Source of the DNA: Dimorphilus gyrociliatus
Taxonomy: Eukaryota > Animalia > Annelida
NCBI GenBank assembly: GCA_904063045.1
Contig: CAJFCJ010000025.1
Location: forward strand, 1-64,000
Direction of reading: 5' to 3'
Length of the DNA: 64,000 nucleotides
In this document: in pieces, positions 14,201 to 27,179 of the stretch
How positions within the stretch are numbered: the first letter of the stretch is position 1
Layout of the letters: each line of letters starts with the position of its first letter
Translations under genes and position numbers: made by a program
The notes under the pieces: model-generated
Told to the model about the DNA's origin: nothing
Seen by the model: the letters and a program-made list of their open reading frames with translations, nothing else
Databases searched by the model: none

Positions 14201-16051
14201 AAAAGGGACCTCTGCAAAAAAAAAAAATAATTAATCAAAAAATAAATAAATACACAAAAACATAATATAATTTTCAAGTGGATAAATTATTTCTTTTAAA
14301 GCGTATCATGCTTTTCTTCTTATATAAAAAAAACTATGGATATTTGGCTTAAAAGCGACGAAACCGCTTTTGATTCTTAAAAAATGTTTATTCGCGTTCT
14401 TTACTACTGCGCCCTGTCGTTATTCTTATTTACTTATGGTTACGTTTGTTTCATGTTTTGTTATCAAAAATATTCTGATAAGCACCTAAATATTTTTTTC
14501 TATGATTCGAATCGTATAATTTCTCAACTTCTTTTGTTTACAAACTATAGATACTATCTTTAAAGAAATTCTATTTATTTTGTACATTCTTCTTTGTGCT
14601 CCTATTTTCTCTTACTATAATGAACTTTATAGAGGAGAAAATATGAGCTTCGTTAAAGGCACCACGTAATTCAGTTCGTAAAGTGCGTTATTAAGAAACA
14701 GTTCTTCCGGTACTCTTCAAGTTCAGTTATAAAAATGACTGTCTATTTATATCAGCTAAAAGCTTTTCAGCACTTTTTATTCTCTTAATTAAACGAAAAA
14801 CTGTTCTAATTAATAGTAAATTGGGGGAAATATTGATTGTTCAGAATGGACGATACAAGCAACCACTTGTCAAATATTCTGGGAGGACACTCTATCAATG
14901 AACTCTACCTCTTAACCCTCCTACATTGCATAAAATGCTTAATACTATCAGAATATTCATTACTACCAAAAAAGCCATTCCCAATTCAGAGAAACATGGC
15001 ATGTTTTTTGTTCTCATTTCTATGACGTCAACAAGTACTTGATCAGAATTGTTTTAATCGCTGATTTTTTTTTTTCAAGGCTTTTTGGTTCCTTCAGTAC
15101 ATTGTGCTTCAAGTTTATTCTAATAGTTTTTAAGCGAGATTACGAATGTGTTAAACACATAAATCTTTTATCAGCCAATAACCAAAAAGTGATTGGGAAA
15201 GTTCAGACAAAGAATATTCTATTTTCACCAATATGTTAGTTGAAAGGAAATAGTATGCGCAGAAAATCATTAGTCAACATTGCGGTCGATCGAACAATGC
15301 CCATAACATGTTCATTTGCAGGTTCAAGTAATTTCCCAAGTCTGAACATTTCAAAAGAGGCCTAAGATTTCAAATATATCAATGGAACAGTTATAGATTC
15401 GTTTATATTTACTTGTAATGAATAATTTCTCTTTTATAAGGAAAATCTGTTAAAAATTTAGGTAATAGTGTAATTTTCCTTTGAATTTTTATAATTAAAA
15501 GTGATTATCCCTTTCTAAAAAATTAATCTGACAAATATTAATCCAACCGCAAAATAGCAACAAATTTTTAATTCAAACTAGACACTTTTGCAGGCTAGAT
15601 TACGTTTCTGAAATAACACATGTTTACCGGTGAAAGATTTATTGCTGTAGCATACAATCCATTGAAAATGGAATTTCAACTTCCTCTGGATTGATGATTT
15701 TTACATAGGAGACAAAAAAATTAAGACTATTCATCTCTGGCTTATACAAATTTACCGTCTCTTCTATTCCCCGACCTTTTTAAATGCGATGTCTAAAGCA
15801 TTTGATGAAGCTATATACATATTTATATAGAGAGACAGATAAGCTTTAATAACAGAACATAGTAACATATATTTCGAAGGGTTGCGATCGAACTATTCGA
15901 TCCGCTTAATTTTCGATATTTAACATTAAATTCACCGAAAAGACAAAATATAATCTCAGACAAAAGTAATTTTTGATTGATAAACTTACTTTCCAATCAT
16001 CTCGCAAACGTCGTACATGTCGTGGAATAAGACGTCGTTCGTATCCATCAT
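5285..16051 (-). CDS. CASK: CASK/LIN-2 MAGUK, 5' portion (CaMK-like domain and first L27 domain); remaining exons lie left of the window
   Basis: Six phase-compatible GT-AG exons: 15990-16051 ([21 protein letters not shown]), 13871-14211 (GPFSVVRRC...[17 protein letters not shown]), 10330-10464 ([28 protein letters not shown]), 8940-9238 ([11 protein letters not shown]...HPWIK), 6114-6291 ([17 protein letters not shown]), 5285-5403 ([17 protein letters not shown]27). These match the CASK N-terminus, including the GFG-for-DFG signature. Confidence 0.96.
6306..6318. promoter_or_regulatory. CTCF-like motif CGCCATCTAGTGG in CASK intron 4, next to the exon-5 acceptor
   Basis: Close match to the reverse complement of the CTCF core CCACYAGRKGGCR; binding not shown. 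Confidence 0.5.
9905..9955. repeat. Imperfect (TA)n microsatellite in a CASK intron
   Basis: tatatatttatatacatatatatctatatatatatctatatatatatatat. Confidence 0.8.
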
Positions 16052-17339
16052 TGGAATATATTATCTATGCTTCTGCTCTCATTCTAATTTGCATATCCTA
16101 AATTATCAGGCTTTTGTTAGCAGATCGATTAACAACTGTAGACTTGCAGCTACAAAACTTCCAGAGATCCTTCTCTTAAGAGACGTGGTAGAAAAATAAA
16201 AACGTAGAAAATATCGTAGAAAATGATTTCAGTACGCCATTTTTAGACCGGAAGTTAGCCGGTTAGAAGCCACCAGAGGAGACTGTAGTGTCGACATCTA
16301 GCGAGAATATCTTGAGCATTTCCAAACTGTTCCTTTTATATTTACCAACTCAAATAATATAATAGGGTCCTTTCAGCATTTTCAAACATTAACTTGATTA
16401 ATTACCCCTGAAAACTGTACAAAATCCAACGGCTTAATGCTTAATAAAAAGGAATCAAATAAGCCGTCGCCATAGGCTTACTGTACAATTATTTTAGTAC
16501 TTGATAATATTTGTATTCAAACTATATAATTCCCATTTTAACATTGCCTTTTCATTTAAAGAAAAGATTAAGTGACCGATTATAGAATATCACAGACGGT
16601 CGAAGTTATTTAGGCGCCAGCTTGTAAAAAAAAAGGAGTCAGATCTGTCTAAATGGAAATGTTTTTTATTAGGCCGAAAACATTTCGATGAAAAGGTAAT
16701 AAAAGAATTGAGGGTCTGGAGAGAACAATGGAATAGAGCTAACCAATAGTTTTTAGTAAAAAGAAAAAAGAGCTTAAATAAGTAAAACGGCAGAATGCTA
16801 ATGGCAAAGGAAATGTCTGGAGGCGTTATCAAATGTTGATTATTTCATAACATTTTATCTGTAAATGCATTAGAACAAAAGAGGTAACGCCACCTAAGTA
16901 ATGAAGTAATTATACATATTATTTCACTTCACAATAATCCTTATATTTAGCGTAATCCGTTACATTAAGAATATTATTGTATTAGGATAAGTGTTGTAAA
17001 TGGTAACTAGTGGATTTGATACGGACGAAAATATAGTAAAAAAAATAACATGACTTTGGCCTTAAAGAGATTTGTCATTTGTTGTTTCTTTTTTCATTTC
17101 TATTGGGATTAGAAAGTATGGGAAGGTGAGTGCGACAAAAATATAGTTAAGTTTACATGAGTACTTTCTTTGTTTTCATTGAAGATTTTAATGAAATTCT
17201 CGTATAGAATTTAATAACTGTAAGCTAATTTTATAATTTTTTTTTTATAAAAAATATTTCTTGGACCCATTTCTTCATAATTAACCATATAGAAAAAAAA
17301 ATAAAACAACGAGTAGAACAACAACAATAAGTTCTTCCT

Positions 17340-18101
17340 CTACTGCGCATGCGTTGAATTCGGAACGACGTCCTGATGACTTGGTGCTGCCCTTGATATG
17401 GTAGCAATCGGTGGTAGGATACTGGAAAAATGCGGTAAGTCCTGTGTATTATCCGACCATTGAACGGTTTGAGATACCGGTAAAAAATGCGAGTAAGTCT
17501 GACTAATATCATTAAAAACTCCTCCGTCGTTCTTCTTCTTGTGAATGAAAAAATGCGTTGTAAAATCGTACCAATCCTGCGCCTTGAAATCGCAAAAAGA
17601 GCATTTTTTGGGATCCTCGGAATTATGGCAACCTCGATGCAGGAAGTACAAGGTTTGTTCCTTAAATATCATTCCACAAATGCATTGGAAGATGGCACCT
17701 TTTTCTACTAGTTTCGAAATTATCTGAGCGTCAGTGAATTTCGATAACTTTCTCCTTCGCTCTTCAGTCGACATTCTCTCAGGAGGTGTTGAAGATGTTG
17801 TACCACTAGAGAGATGATTCCTTCGTTTATGAGCTAAAAGACTCTCTTTGCATTCAAACTTAAGATCGCATATTTCGCATATAAAAACTGATTGAACAAC
17901 CTTCTCTTCGGTACCATTTTCACAAATATCTTCTTTTTGATTTCTTTTTAAGGCATTTGTTCTTGATCTGGTGGCCATAACTCCACCACCCCTAGTTCTT
18001 GCTTTTCTAACTGTTTTTCTTTTAGACTGATCATTTTCACTCTCACTAATTTCTTTCATATTTGCCATTAAGCTACCTACTTTATCGATCTCGTTCCTCA
18101 T
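17340..18101 (-). CDS. C2H2 zinc-finger protein with Ikaros/Hunchback-type C-terminal dimerisation finger pair
   Basis: Single 253-aa ORF. One canonical finger (CEICDLKFECKESLLAHKRRNH) plus the pair CICGMIFKEQTLYFLHRGCH...KCSFCDFKAQDWYDFTTHFFIH, which resembles the Ikaros/Hb C-terminal YxxHxGCH...C..C...F..H pattern. The exact C-terminus is uncertain. Confidence 0.75.
   Translation of the reverse strand: MRNEIDKVGSLMANMKEISESENDQSKRKTVRKARTRGGGVMATRSRTNALKRNQKEDICENGTEEKVVQSVFICEICDLKFECKESLLAHKRRNHLSSGTTSSTPPERMSTEERRRKLSKFTDAQIISKLVEKGAIFQCICGMIFKEQTLYFLHRGCHNSEDPKKCSFCDFKAQDWYDFTTHFFIHKKKNDGGVFNDISQTYSHFLPVSQTVQWSDNTQDLPHFSSILPPIATISRAAPSHQDVVPNSTHAQ
17344..17353. promoter_or_regulatory. 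NRF1-like palindrome TGCGCATGCG
   Basis: Near-consensus GCGCATGCGC motif seen in the sequence; function not shown. Confidence 0.35.
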
Positions 18102-19057
18102 AGAGTGATCGGCATGTAAGTGAGATTGTTCACCGTTTTTTTACAGTTGGGGCTGGCGCGATAAACAATTAGATATGCATGTTTCCGTTTCCGGCGGTTT
18201 TTTTAGGATATGTCTTTGCAGTGACATCTACCGGGTTGCCCCTTCCATATTCTAAATGCAAATAAATGACATTATGAGGAACAAGTAGCCTCATCAAATT
18301 TAACCTCTAAAACGGCGGTTAAGCCAATTATTTCGAAATTTGAGAATTATTAATGAGTTCATTTAGTATTTATATAATTGAAAATAATACCTTCTATCAT
18401 TGAATATAGAATATTTAATTAAAATTTTAATATAAAACTTTAAATAATACAGTGTCTGTATAATATAAATAAGGTCTCTTTACAAGTCTAACTGAATCCC
18501 ATGATGACAGGGGAATCAGCTTTCTTAAGACTTCGGATACCCAATTATCTTCATAAAATGATAAACATGAAAGGAAAAGAGAAGCGTCCTATGTTTCATT
18601 AATTGAATATTCTGAGAAGAGCAGAAAAATTGTATAAATATTCACATATTATACTCTTTCCCTGTTCTAACCTTTACAAAATAACTTTCATAGACAATAC
18701 TATCAATTACACATACCCCGTATTATTAATTTAATCAAACATATAGACTTTGACAAAGATGTAACGCTTTTCTAATGCGACTGTTTACTGATATGTTTTG
18801 TGACATTATCATAAACGTGTTTGGAAATATTATTCTAAGTAATTAACATATTAAAATACGCAATTTGTTCGAAGAGTATTTAATGCATGCTCCTACTGTA
18901 TATTTAGGGCAGTTGTTCTCTTTTGTTGCTAACTATATTTAAAGTACGCATCACAGATGATTGAATATTTAAAGATAATATCCTCCAGCTATGTATATAA
19001 AATGATAATGTTAGAGAATCTTATTTCATTTCGGTTGTTTTAAATGAACTTTTCAAA

Positions 19058-20504
19058 ATGACAAAGAAAACTTACACAGTCGAACCTCCTGCTATTTGGC
19101 AAACGTCTAACGAAAATTGTACTTGTACTGAATTTATAAAAACCAATGACTATCTGTCAAAAACTAACAGTAATAAGATATATCAGGAAAAAAATGATGC
19201 TACCAAAAGTAATTCCGAACAAATCGATAAAGGATACGCTTGGATAATATTATGTCTTTGTATAGTTCTTCAGTGTTTAGCTATGGCAACTATTGGAACC
19301 TATGGGATTTTAATTGTAAATATTGTTGATGCGACTGACTATTCAACAGGCTTTATATCTCTGTATGGGAATCTTGCTTTTGTGTCATTTACAATTACAA
19401 GCCTCTTTACAGGACCTTTTATATCAGCATATGGCTGTCGAAAAGTTATGATAGTAGCTTCGTTTATAAAAGCATTAAGCTATATTCTAACAGCATTTAT
19501 CCCTGAAATTCCACTTATACTACTTACCCTGGGAATTATTCAAGGGATTGGCCTTGCCTGTTTTTTTGTTTGTCCTGCCACAGTAGTTTCATACTGGTTT
19601 CTTAAATATCGATCGCTGGCCTTGGGCTGTGTTGCATCTGGTCAAAGTTTGGGACTTTTCTTTTGGAGCCCTTTTGCAGCATATTTGACTGATACTTATG
19701 GATGGAGAGGAGGGATATTACTTATAGGAGGGTGTTTGTTGAATGCGATAGTATTATCTGCTCTATTACATTCACCTACAAGTATTACAATTAAGCAAGA
19801 ACGAGTTGAAAATACTAAAAATCCTTTAAGTATTGTGATAAAAAAACTTGCAAATAAGGACTTACTCAAAAATAAACTTTTTATATTATTCGCCTTTGGA
19901 AATTTTTTTTCCTACTATGGGCATTGTACACCGCAAACGATGCTCCCAAGGAAGATAGCTGACCTTGGTTTCTCCAATCTAGAATCTGCATTTGTCCTCG
20001 GTATATCTGGTATAGTGGGCGGAATAGTTAGAATTATTATTGGTTCAATAGCCGATTTAAAATATTTTGATAAAATATTTATGACAATGATGAGCAATTT
20101 TATTCTAGGAATATTGACTATTTGTACAATATTTTACAAAACTTATACAGCATTTTCTATTTACTCAGCCCTCCACGGGGTTTTTTCCGGTAATCTAAAT
20201 ATTTTAAGCATCATTGCCTGTTGTCATCATTTTTTTTTACTTTTCAGCTATCTACATCTCTATGCTAAGTCCTGTCGTACTGATTGTAGTTGATTTAGAT
20301 CACAGTGCTCAAGCATTGGCTTGGATTTTGGTCTTAGTGGGAATAGCTATATCAAGTGTTTTAAGTATAAACGGATTACTTTATGATCTGTTTAATGATG
20401 CATCATTTAGCTTATTTTTAGCTGGTGTTATGTTTATAATATCCTCAATTTTTCATCTTATATTATGGATTTTAAAAAAAAGGAGCAAACAAAGCAAGTT
20501 TTAG
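19058..20504 (+). CDS. SLC16/monocarboxylate-transporter family MFS protein, ~462 aa
   Basis: Exons 19058-20189 and 20248-20504 (58-nt GT-AG intron, phase 1 preserved). DKGYAWIIL at the position of the DGGWGW motif; YWFLKYRSLALG and YGWRGGILLIGG are SLC16 motifs; about 12 hydrophobic segments. Confidence 0.9.
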
Positions 20505-20756
20505 ATAGCACTAAATTATAAAATACATTATTACCAAGTCAATGATATTTCCATATTAGCGCCTAAAATGAGTTTTTTAATTCAAAGTATCATAAAGTTT
20601 TTTATATAATTATGTATTTTAATATTTCCATTCAAGAAATACAGAGCTTGATATCAACAAATGTTTTTTTAAGTTTTTTTTTATATAGCACAAGAAATAT
20701 TTCCAACAAAATTGATTTCGTTCAAGACTGTAAATCTTTGTAATTTTCTGCCAGAT

Positions 20757-22147
20757 TTAAGGATTATACCAGTCCAAAAAAAGTAAGGAGAATGCAGATA
20801 CGATTAAGAAGAACAGGATCCAAACTCTTAAACCAGCGTTATTTTTCATAGCCTATTTAATATAATAGAGAATAATTAAGATTATTTAAGAAACAAGTTA
20901 AATTACTTGTCGGATTTCGTCATTAGCGTCTTTTATATTTTCGCTAGATCCGATAACATTATCGCTTGTATGGTTGACAATTTGTTCTTGTTCCAAAATC
21001 TTTTCTGTAAAAATAGCTTGTAATCTAGATATTTCCACAACTTGACCTTCTATGTTTTTTACTTCTTCTCCCAATGAATTCATATCTTGCAACAGGTGAA
21101 CATTTTCTTGTTTTAGCTGTTAAAATTAGAGTAAACTTATCAGAATAATGAATAGAGTAATGAACAGTTATTAATTTTATACTAAATCTTCTTCGTCAGG
21201 AGCCAATATGTCATCATCGTCAAGTAAAAATGAACGGGTATTTTTTATTTGGTTATTTTTATCAGATTTCTTATTAGTTAAATTTTCATCAGGCTTTTCC
21301 ACATTTTTTCCTTCTGGAAGAAAAAATTCTTACAAATTTATATGAATTGTTAATACTACTTATAATTCTACCACCTTTGTTAATATATGGAGGACTACTT
21401 TTAATTCTTGGTTGTGAAGGTTTCAGTCTTGAGCTAGAAACATAAAGTTATCAAAAATAAATTACTTCTTATTTATGAAATAAATACTGCCTTACACTTG
21501 TTTTTTATCAATCATTTTCTTTAATCTAACAGCTCTTTGAGAACTATACATATTGCAAACAGCTTTAAATATAAACAAAAGTTAGTTTTTGAAGAAAATT
21601 TTAATTAATTCATACTAACATTTCAAATATTCTTCGATAATTTCAATAACAGCTGTATAATGTTCTTTTGCTTGGTCGCTTACAACCATCTTTTCAACTT
21701 AATAAACAATAGAAATAAAAGCTTAGCATTAGCAATTAGAATATTTTATAATCGTACCATAAGTTTCTAGTGTTTTAATTGTTTCTTTACAAGTTATAAT
21801 GTATTTTTGGGCATCTAAATCAATCTGATTCCTTTCTTCTTCAGTCATTTTACATGACGTCTCTTTTAAAAGATTTCCGGCAGCTGTGTAGTCTTCCCTA
21901 TGACTTTGCAGGAAGTTTTGAAGTTCACTTATGCCCTTAACCTGATTAATTATGAGGTAGTATAATTATTAATATTTATAGACGTTCATTTACGTACGAC
22001 ACTTTTTGCTTTGATCGAAAATTCGGACAGCTGCTTTTTTCTTGGGAAAATGTTTGTTTTATCGCCCTCTGAATTTAATTTTCTACGAGTTTTTACTGTT
22101 TTCACAGTTGCTTCGAATAGCGACGTTAAATCTTTCACTGGAATCAT
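20757..22147 (-). CDS. STX18: Syntaxin-18 (ER Qa-SNARE), ~325 aa
   Basis: Eight phase-compatible exons: 21998-22147, 21758-21941, 21620-21697, 21496-21562, 21372-21433, 21183-21313, 20907-21116, 20757-20852. N-terminus [19 protein letters not shown] motif [20 protein letters not shown], tail anchor [28 protein letters not shown]. Confidence 0.96.
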
Positions 22148-22616
22148 TCTTATTTAAAATGTCTATTTTTTCTTTATATTTTAAAGGCTTATTTATAAAT
22201 ATTTTTGAGTGATCACAAATATATTTCGTCACAATATAAATTGGTAAAACACTACGGTCCTTTCGCACCCGTTTCTCTTTCAGATAGCAACTTGTCTTGT
22301 ATTTCTAGTATAAACTTTACAAATTCGTGTGTTGAGGCCGACCTAACATTACAAAGTGGTTTTAACTAAAGAAAGATGCGGGAAATAAGTGAAGGTACGT
22401 TTAAAGATGTTAATAAAGTAAAAAAATTGTGGTTTTACTGGATTGCACGTGGTCATATTTTGATATCTTCTGTAAAATGACAAAAATTTTCTGCAAAATA
22501 ATTAAAGGACGAGATGCAGTTTGTGAGAATCAGTATCGAGGAAGGTACAAAACAATGTGTTAATATCTCTAGTCTTCCAAGGGATTCAAAGCAAAGGCAC
22601 GTGACTAAAGTTACGA

Positions 22617-22630
22617 CCGCTAGATGGCAG
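22617..22630. promoter_or_regulatory. CTCF-like motif CCGCTAGATGGCAG in the STX18/KHDRBS divergent promoter
   Basis: Strong match to the CTCF core, 28 nt upstream of the KHDRBS ATG, within a 510-bp intergenic region between divergent start codons. Confidence 0.55.
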
Positions 22631-22657
22631 TAGATCCAGACTAAGTATTCTTTCAAG

Positions 22658-25136
22658 ATGGCGATGAACCGTGCCGACAAATCCCCGAAACCGTTAAAAA
22701 ATCAAGTTCCTCAGGCAGAATATGACAAAAAGGCAACTGAGCTGGAAGAGGAACTCAAACATCTTTCAGAAGACCAAGTTCCGAATATAAAGCAATGTAT
22801 TGAAGAAGGTAATGCTAGCTCGTTTTTAGGTCAGATTGTTAGGTCATAGAATTATCCCGGGTTTTAAATTTCTAATTATCGAGAATCCTTCCTGTTGTAT
22901 CTTAAAATTGCAAATATTCAATTAAAATTATAAAGCATATTTTAATTGCTATTAAATTGAATGATAAAGTCTAAACCTAAAAATTATTTTTACTTGTCTG
23001 GTAATTTGACAAAGAGAACTCCTCATATCAATTAATCTTGCATCTTAAGAAGATAAAATAGTTAACTGTACGTCTAACATAACGGAAGAAATACTAATAA
23101 AAACCTATACAGCCAAGGAAATAACTTTTTTGATATAGAATAAATAAAAACTTTGGAAAGATGTCTCATTAAGTTATGCATATATCTACTCCAATTAAAT
23201 ACAGAGATTAAAAAACTACGCAGTGGCTTGAAATTTTATAACGAATTTCTTGAAGTACATCACAATGATTTGACTCGTTACGTAGCTCGTGTAGCTATTC
23301 CAGCTGACCAATATCCACAGGTATGTTAAAGTAAAATTGTAGACTATTTATCGTATGAATAATCATTATCAAACTAGTTGTAAAAGCTATAATAAATGTA
23401 TCGTCATTGAAAATAAACGAATACTTTACAGAAACCATGTAAAGAGTGACCAAAATATCATATTACATATCTATCAGACTGGCTTAAATTTTTAAATAAT
23501 TTAATTAAAATTCCCTAAACAGATATATCTTAACTACTAAATATTTCCAAATTAATCAAACTAATAATTTAAATACATTTAAAATTGAAAATATCCACCT
23601 TTTAACATTAAATAATTCTAAACTTACTGTAAAAATTATAATAAAATTCAGTCTGAAGCCGCTAAGATTCTGTAGTGATCGATTGGATTTTTTTAATTTT
23701 ATTATTGAGTAAATTGATAATATTACTATTCAGTTCAACTTTTTGGGAAAATTATTTGGTCCTGGAGGAAATACGTTAAAAAAAATTTCTACTGAATCTG
23801 GTTGCAAAGTACACATTCTCGGAAAAGGTTCGACACGAAATAAAGACAGAGAGATGGAGCTTGCAAAAGAAGGGGGTGGCCATGCTCATTTCAATGGTCC
23901 ATTACATGTGTTCCTCGAGTCAACAACAGCGGCGCCTGAAGATGCTTTCAATAGATTCGCTTCCGCATTAGCAGAAATGAGAAAATATATTAACCCTGTA
24001 TGGCATTACTCACATAATTATTTCTTTCTATAGTGCTAACTATTTTTTTACTCTGCAGTCAAATGAAGATGGAATTTTAGCCGAACAATTACAAGAACTT
24101 AAAACAATGAAAACTCCTCCATCCAGAGGGCGAGGACGCGGTTCGCCTCAACCTGTTAGAGGTGGCGGTGGTGGAGGAGGAGGTGTTGGAGGTGGTGGCG
24201 GTGGCGGCGGCGGCGGCGGCGGTCATCCTCATCATCATCATCACCACCCGCCTCCTCCACATCATCCCCCTTTTGGTCGAGGAGGACAACAAAGAATGCA
24301 CCCTGGAAGAGGAGGGCACCAACCAATTCAACACCCGCCACCAATTCCTAGAATGGAGAAACCGTGTCCTCCACCAAGGCATATGCCGCCGCAGATTAGG
24401 GAGCCCTACGGACAACCACAAAATGTAGGTAAAACATAACTGAGTTTGAACAAAGTATCCATTAGTTACATTTTTAGGCATATCCATACGAAGAGCAGTA
24501 TAATCACGAAGAAGATTACCGTGGACAAGCTAGCTATAGTCAAAATACTTATGGTAATAATAATTCGAATTATGGACCAAATAACTCAGAGCCCAACGAA
24601 GAATATGGCATGTAAGTTGATTTGAAATTGAGTTCAATTCAAAACTGAAATCTTCTAATCTTACCAGGAACTATGGTTATGATAATCGACAAAATTTTGG
24701 TAGAGGCGGTGGCGGTGCAGGAATGCAGGGTCCAGGACCAGCCCCTGGCCCTGGCCCAAATCCAGGTCCAGGTAAGAAAGATAGAATTAATTTTGAAAAG
24801 AGCTAGGCTTTATTGATAATAGAGTTGTCTATTAATAAATTTATGGACGTCGATTATGAATAGAGTGTTTTACTCTTTCATAATCGTGCTCGTATCAGTT
24901 TAGCCTTATATAAATAAAGCGGTCTCATAGTGCTGTAAGAGCATCAAAGCTTCTACAGTCTCCAGTATTGCTACATATTCATGTTAAGTAAATTCCTAAA
25001 TTTTCCAGGCGGTGATTATGACGCTGCAGGAAAATACGGTGGGGCTCCGTGTAGAGGAAAAGGAATGATAAGGCAACATCCCTACGGAAGAGGAATGGGA
25101 GCAGCAATGGGCGGAAACGACCAAAGGCATTGGTAG
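22658..25136 (+). CDS. KHDRBS: STAR-family KH RNA-binding protein, Sam68/KHDRBS-like, ~420 aa
   Basis: Exons 22658-22808, 23205-23320, 23734-23997, 24059-24424, 24478-24611, 24668-24771, 25009-25136, all in phase. KH domain PADQYPQFNFLGKLFGPGGNTLKKI...ILGKGSTR, RG-rich and Tyr-rich tail, C-terminal RQHPYGR (PY-NLS as in Sam68). Confidence 0.9.
24160..24270 (+). repeat. Coding GGN/CAY low-complexity tract (poly-Gly followed by poly-His/Pro)
   Basis: ggcggtggtggaggagga...ggcggcggcggc then catcatcatcatcaccac inside KHDRBS exon 4. Confidence 0.9.
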
Positions 25137-26224
25137 TGCGAAGATGTTTTAAAAAATTAAAATTCATTATCTTGTAAGAATCTAAAAGTATCATTTTCTC
25201 GTCTCCACATTTCAACTTAATTTGCCGAAACTACTGTTTATTTGACTTAGAATGAAGTATATCTTGTTGTTGAACTCTTTCGTGAGGCAGCTGATGTAGG
25301 TTATTGTTGTTTGAGAAATTATTATATGTTTAATTGCTTTTATCCTATTTTTTTTTTACATGTTATATTTATTGTTGACTTGAACAAATATGTTCCTGTT
25401 ATGTGTTATTTGTTACAACTCGTTTATATAGGACATTTAATGGGTTTAGTAACTGAAGAGCATTAATTAACGAAATATAGTCAAAGATATTGTTTTTGTA
25501 CAGAGTTTTATCAAAGTTTAAGTATAAACTTGCATGCTGTATTATTTTTTGCAGTGCAATTTTATTATATACTAGTATTATTTTTTTTTGAAGGCCTTGC
25601 TTCTTGAGCATATTTACAAAAACCAATAAAAAAGACAACGAATTGAACAATCAAATAATTTTTTACTTATTCCTCTATATTATTTATTAATCTATTTAAC
25701 TAATGAAACCTTGAACAAAGTAATACAGTGTATTTTATGTTTGTTTACTATGCGCTATAATTTCAATACTACATTAAGTTTTCTATCGGGAAAAAAATGT
25801 AACCCACTTTCGTACTCACTTAAAAAGTCGTGTGAGAAAAAAGTTTGTAACTTGATACGATACGATATGGTTTGTCGGTGGTTACATGCCAGTTACGACT
25901 ACTACAGGCTAAACTACTGATTTTTGCTGAAATTGTTCAATTTACAAGCTCTTGTTAATTATGTAATAAATTAATGGCACGAGATAAAGGAATGCTCAGG
26001 AATAGGGTATACTGATAATTTTGATTTTACTGATAACATAGTGATAAAACACTCTCTCCCAGTAAAAACTTAAGTTTAGAAAATAAAAGAACAACACTTT
26101 AGTTGTGAGTAGTTAGTTATAATTAACAAGCAGTAGTTGAGTAGTAAATTGCTAGCTGTTTCACTGAAAATCCAGACATTATGGTTGACATATCGGACGT
26201 TTCAAGTAGGGCAGAAACTTTTAG

Positions 26225-26295
26225 CTCCGCCCACCTCTAACGCTAATTGGCTATTATCTGTTCGAGACAAAAATGGCGACCAATCGTATAAAAAG
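26225..26295 (+). promoter_or_regulatory. Candidate Pol II promoter of bZIP 1 (GC box, CCAAT, TATA)
   Basis: ctccgccc at ~26225, accaat at ~26279 and tataaaaag at ~26287, about 90 nt upstream of the ATG at 26380. Confidence 0.5.
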
Positions 26296-26379
26296 TAAAT
26301 GAAATAAAGTCAACTTCATTATATCACTTTGTTCCTGACTTGATTAGCACTAATTGGAGGAAAAGTAGAAAGATTCAGC

Positions 26380-26877
26380 ATGAATAGCGTTATAGCTGAT
26401 ATTGTTGATATTTATTCTCTTCCCGACTTTGGTCCGGGATGCTTCGAACTGTCTGATGATGAAATTATCGACTCCGACTTTTTAACAGACATTAGTTTAT
26501 CACCTCTGGACGTGGATCAAATAGACAATATGAAACAAGAAGCGGTGGAGGAAGAAGAGGACGAAGAAGAAGAAGAGAATGAAGACGTTGTCGAAATAAA
26601 AGTTGAAGAGATAAAGGAAGCAATAAAAAAATCTACAACCAAAAGGAAACGTCAAAGAAAGAGAGCTTGTAAAGGAACACCCGAATATATTCTAGAGAGG
26701 AAGAAGAATAACGATTCGGTAAGAAGATCAAGAATGAAAAAGAAAGTTCAAGAGCAAGAGAAGGACGAAGAAATTATAAGACTTCGTAGAAGAGTAGATA
26801 TTTTGGAAAGCGTTATTAAAATATGTGGTAGTTGTACAAAATTAGTTGAATTAAAGAGTAAATTCAATAATCTTTGA
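26380..26877 (+). CDS. C/EBP-like bZIP transcription factor 1 (intronless CDS, 165 aa)
   Basis: Acidic N-terminus; basic region PEYILERKKNNDSVRRSR with the C/EBP-type NNxxVRxSR Val; short zipper. Confidence 0.8.
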   Translation: MNSVIADIVDIYSLPDFGPGCFELSDDEIIDSDFLTDISLSPLDVDQIDNMKQEAVEEEEDEEEEENEDVVEIKVEEIKEAIKKSTTKRKRQRKRACKGTPEYILERKKNNDSVRRSRMKKKVQEQEKDEEIIRLRRRVDILESVIKICGSCTKLVELKSKFNNL

Positions 26878-27179
26878 ATAGTTCTGCATTTATGTCAAAA
26901 ATATCTTTTCTACAATCATATATTATAATAAATATACAATATATATATATATATATATATCTATTTTTGCTAATATTATTATATATTTGGCTAATACAAA
27001 TACAAAAAATGTACTTGCAAACAAATTTAACTCTCTTTAGAAATATAAATATATTGTTTGTTTAATCATAAATATGCTACAGCTAGTTGTTAAATAATAA
27101 AATGTTCACTTAATTAAAGGATAACAAGAGAAAAATAATTTGTAGACATGTACTCACCTGATAGGCCAAATTTTTGCTT

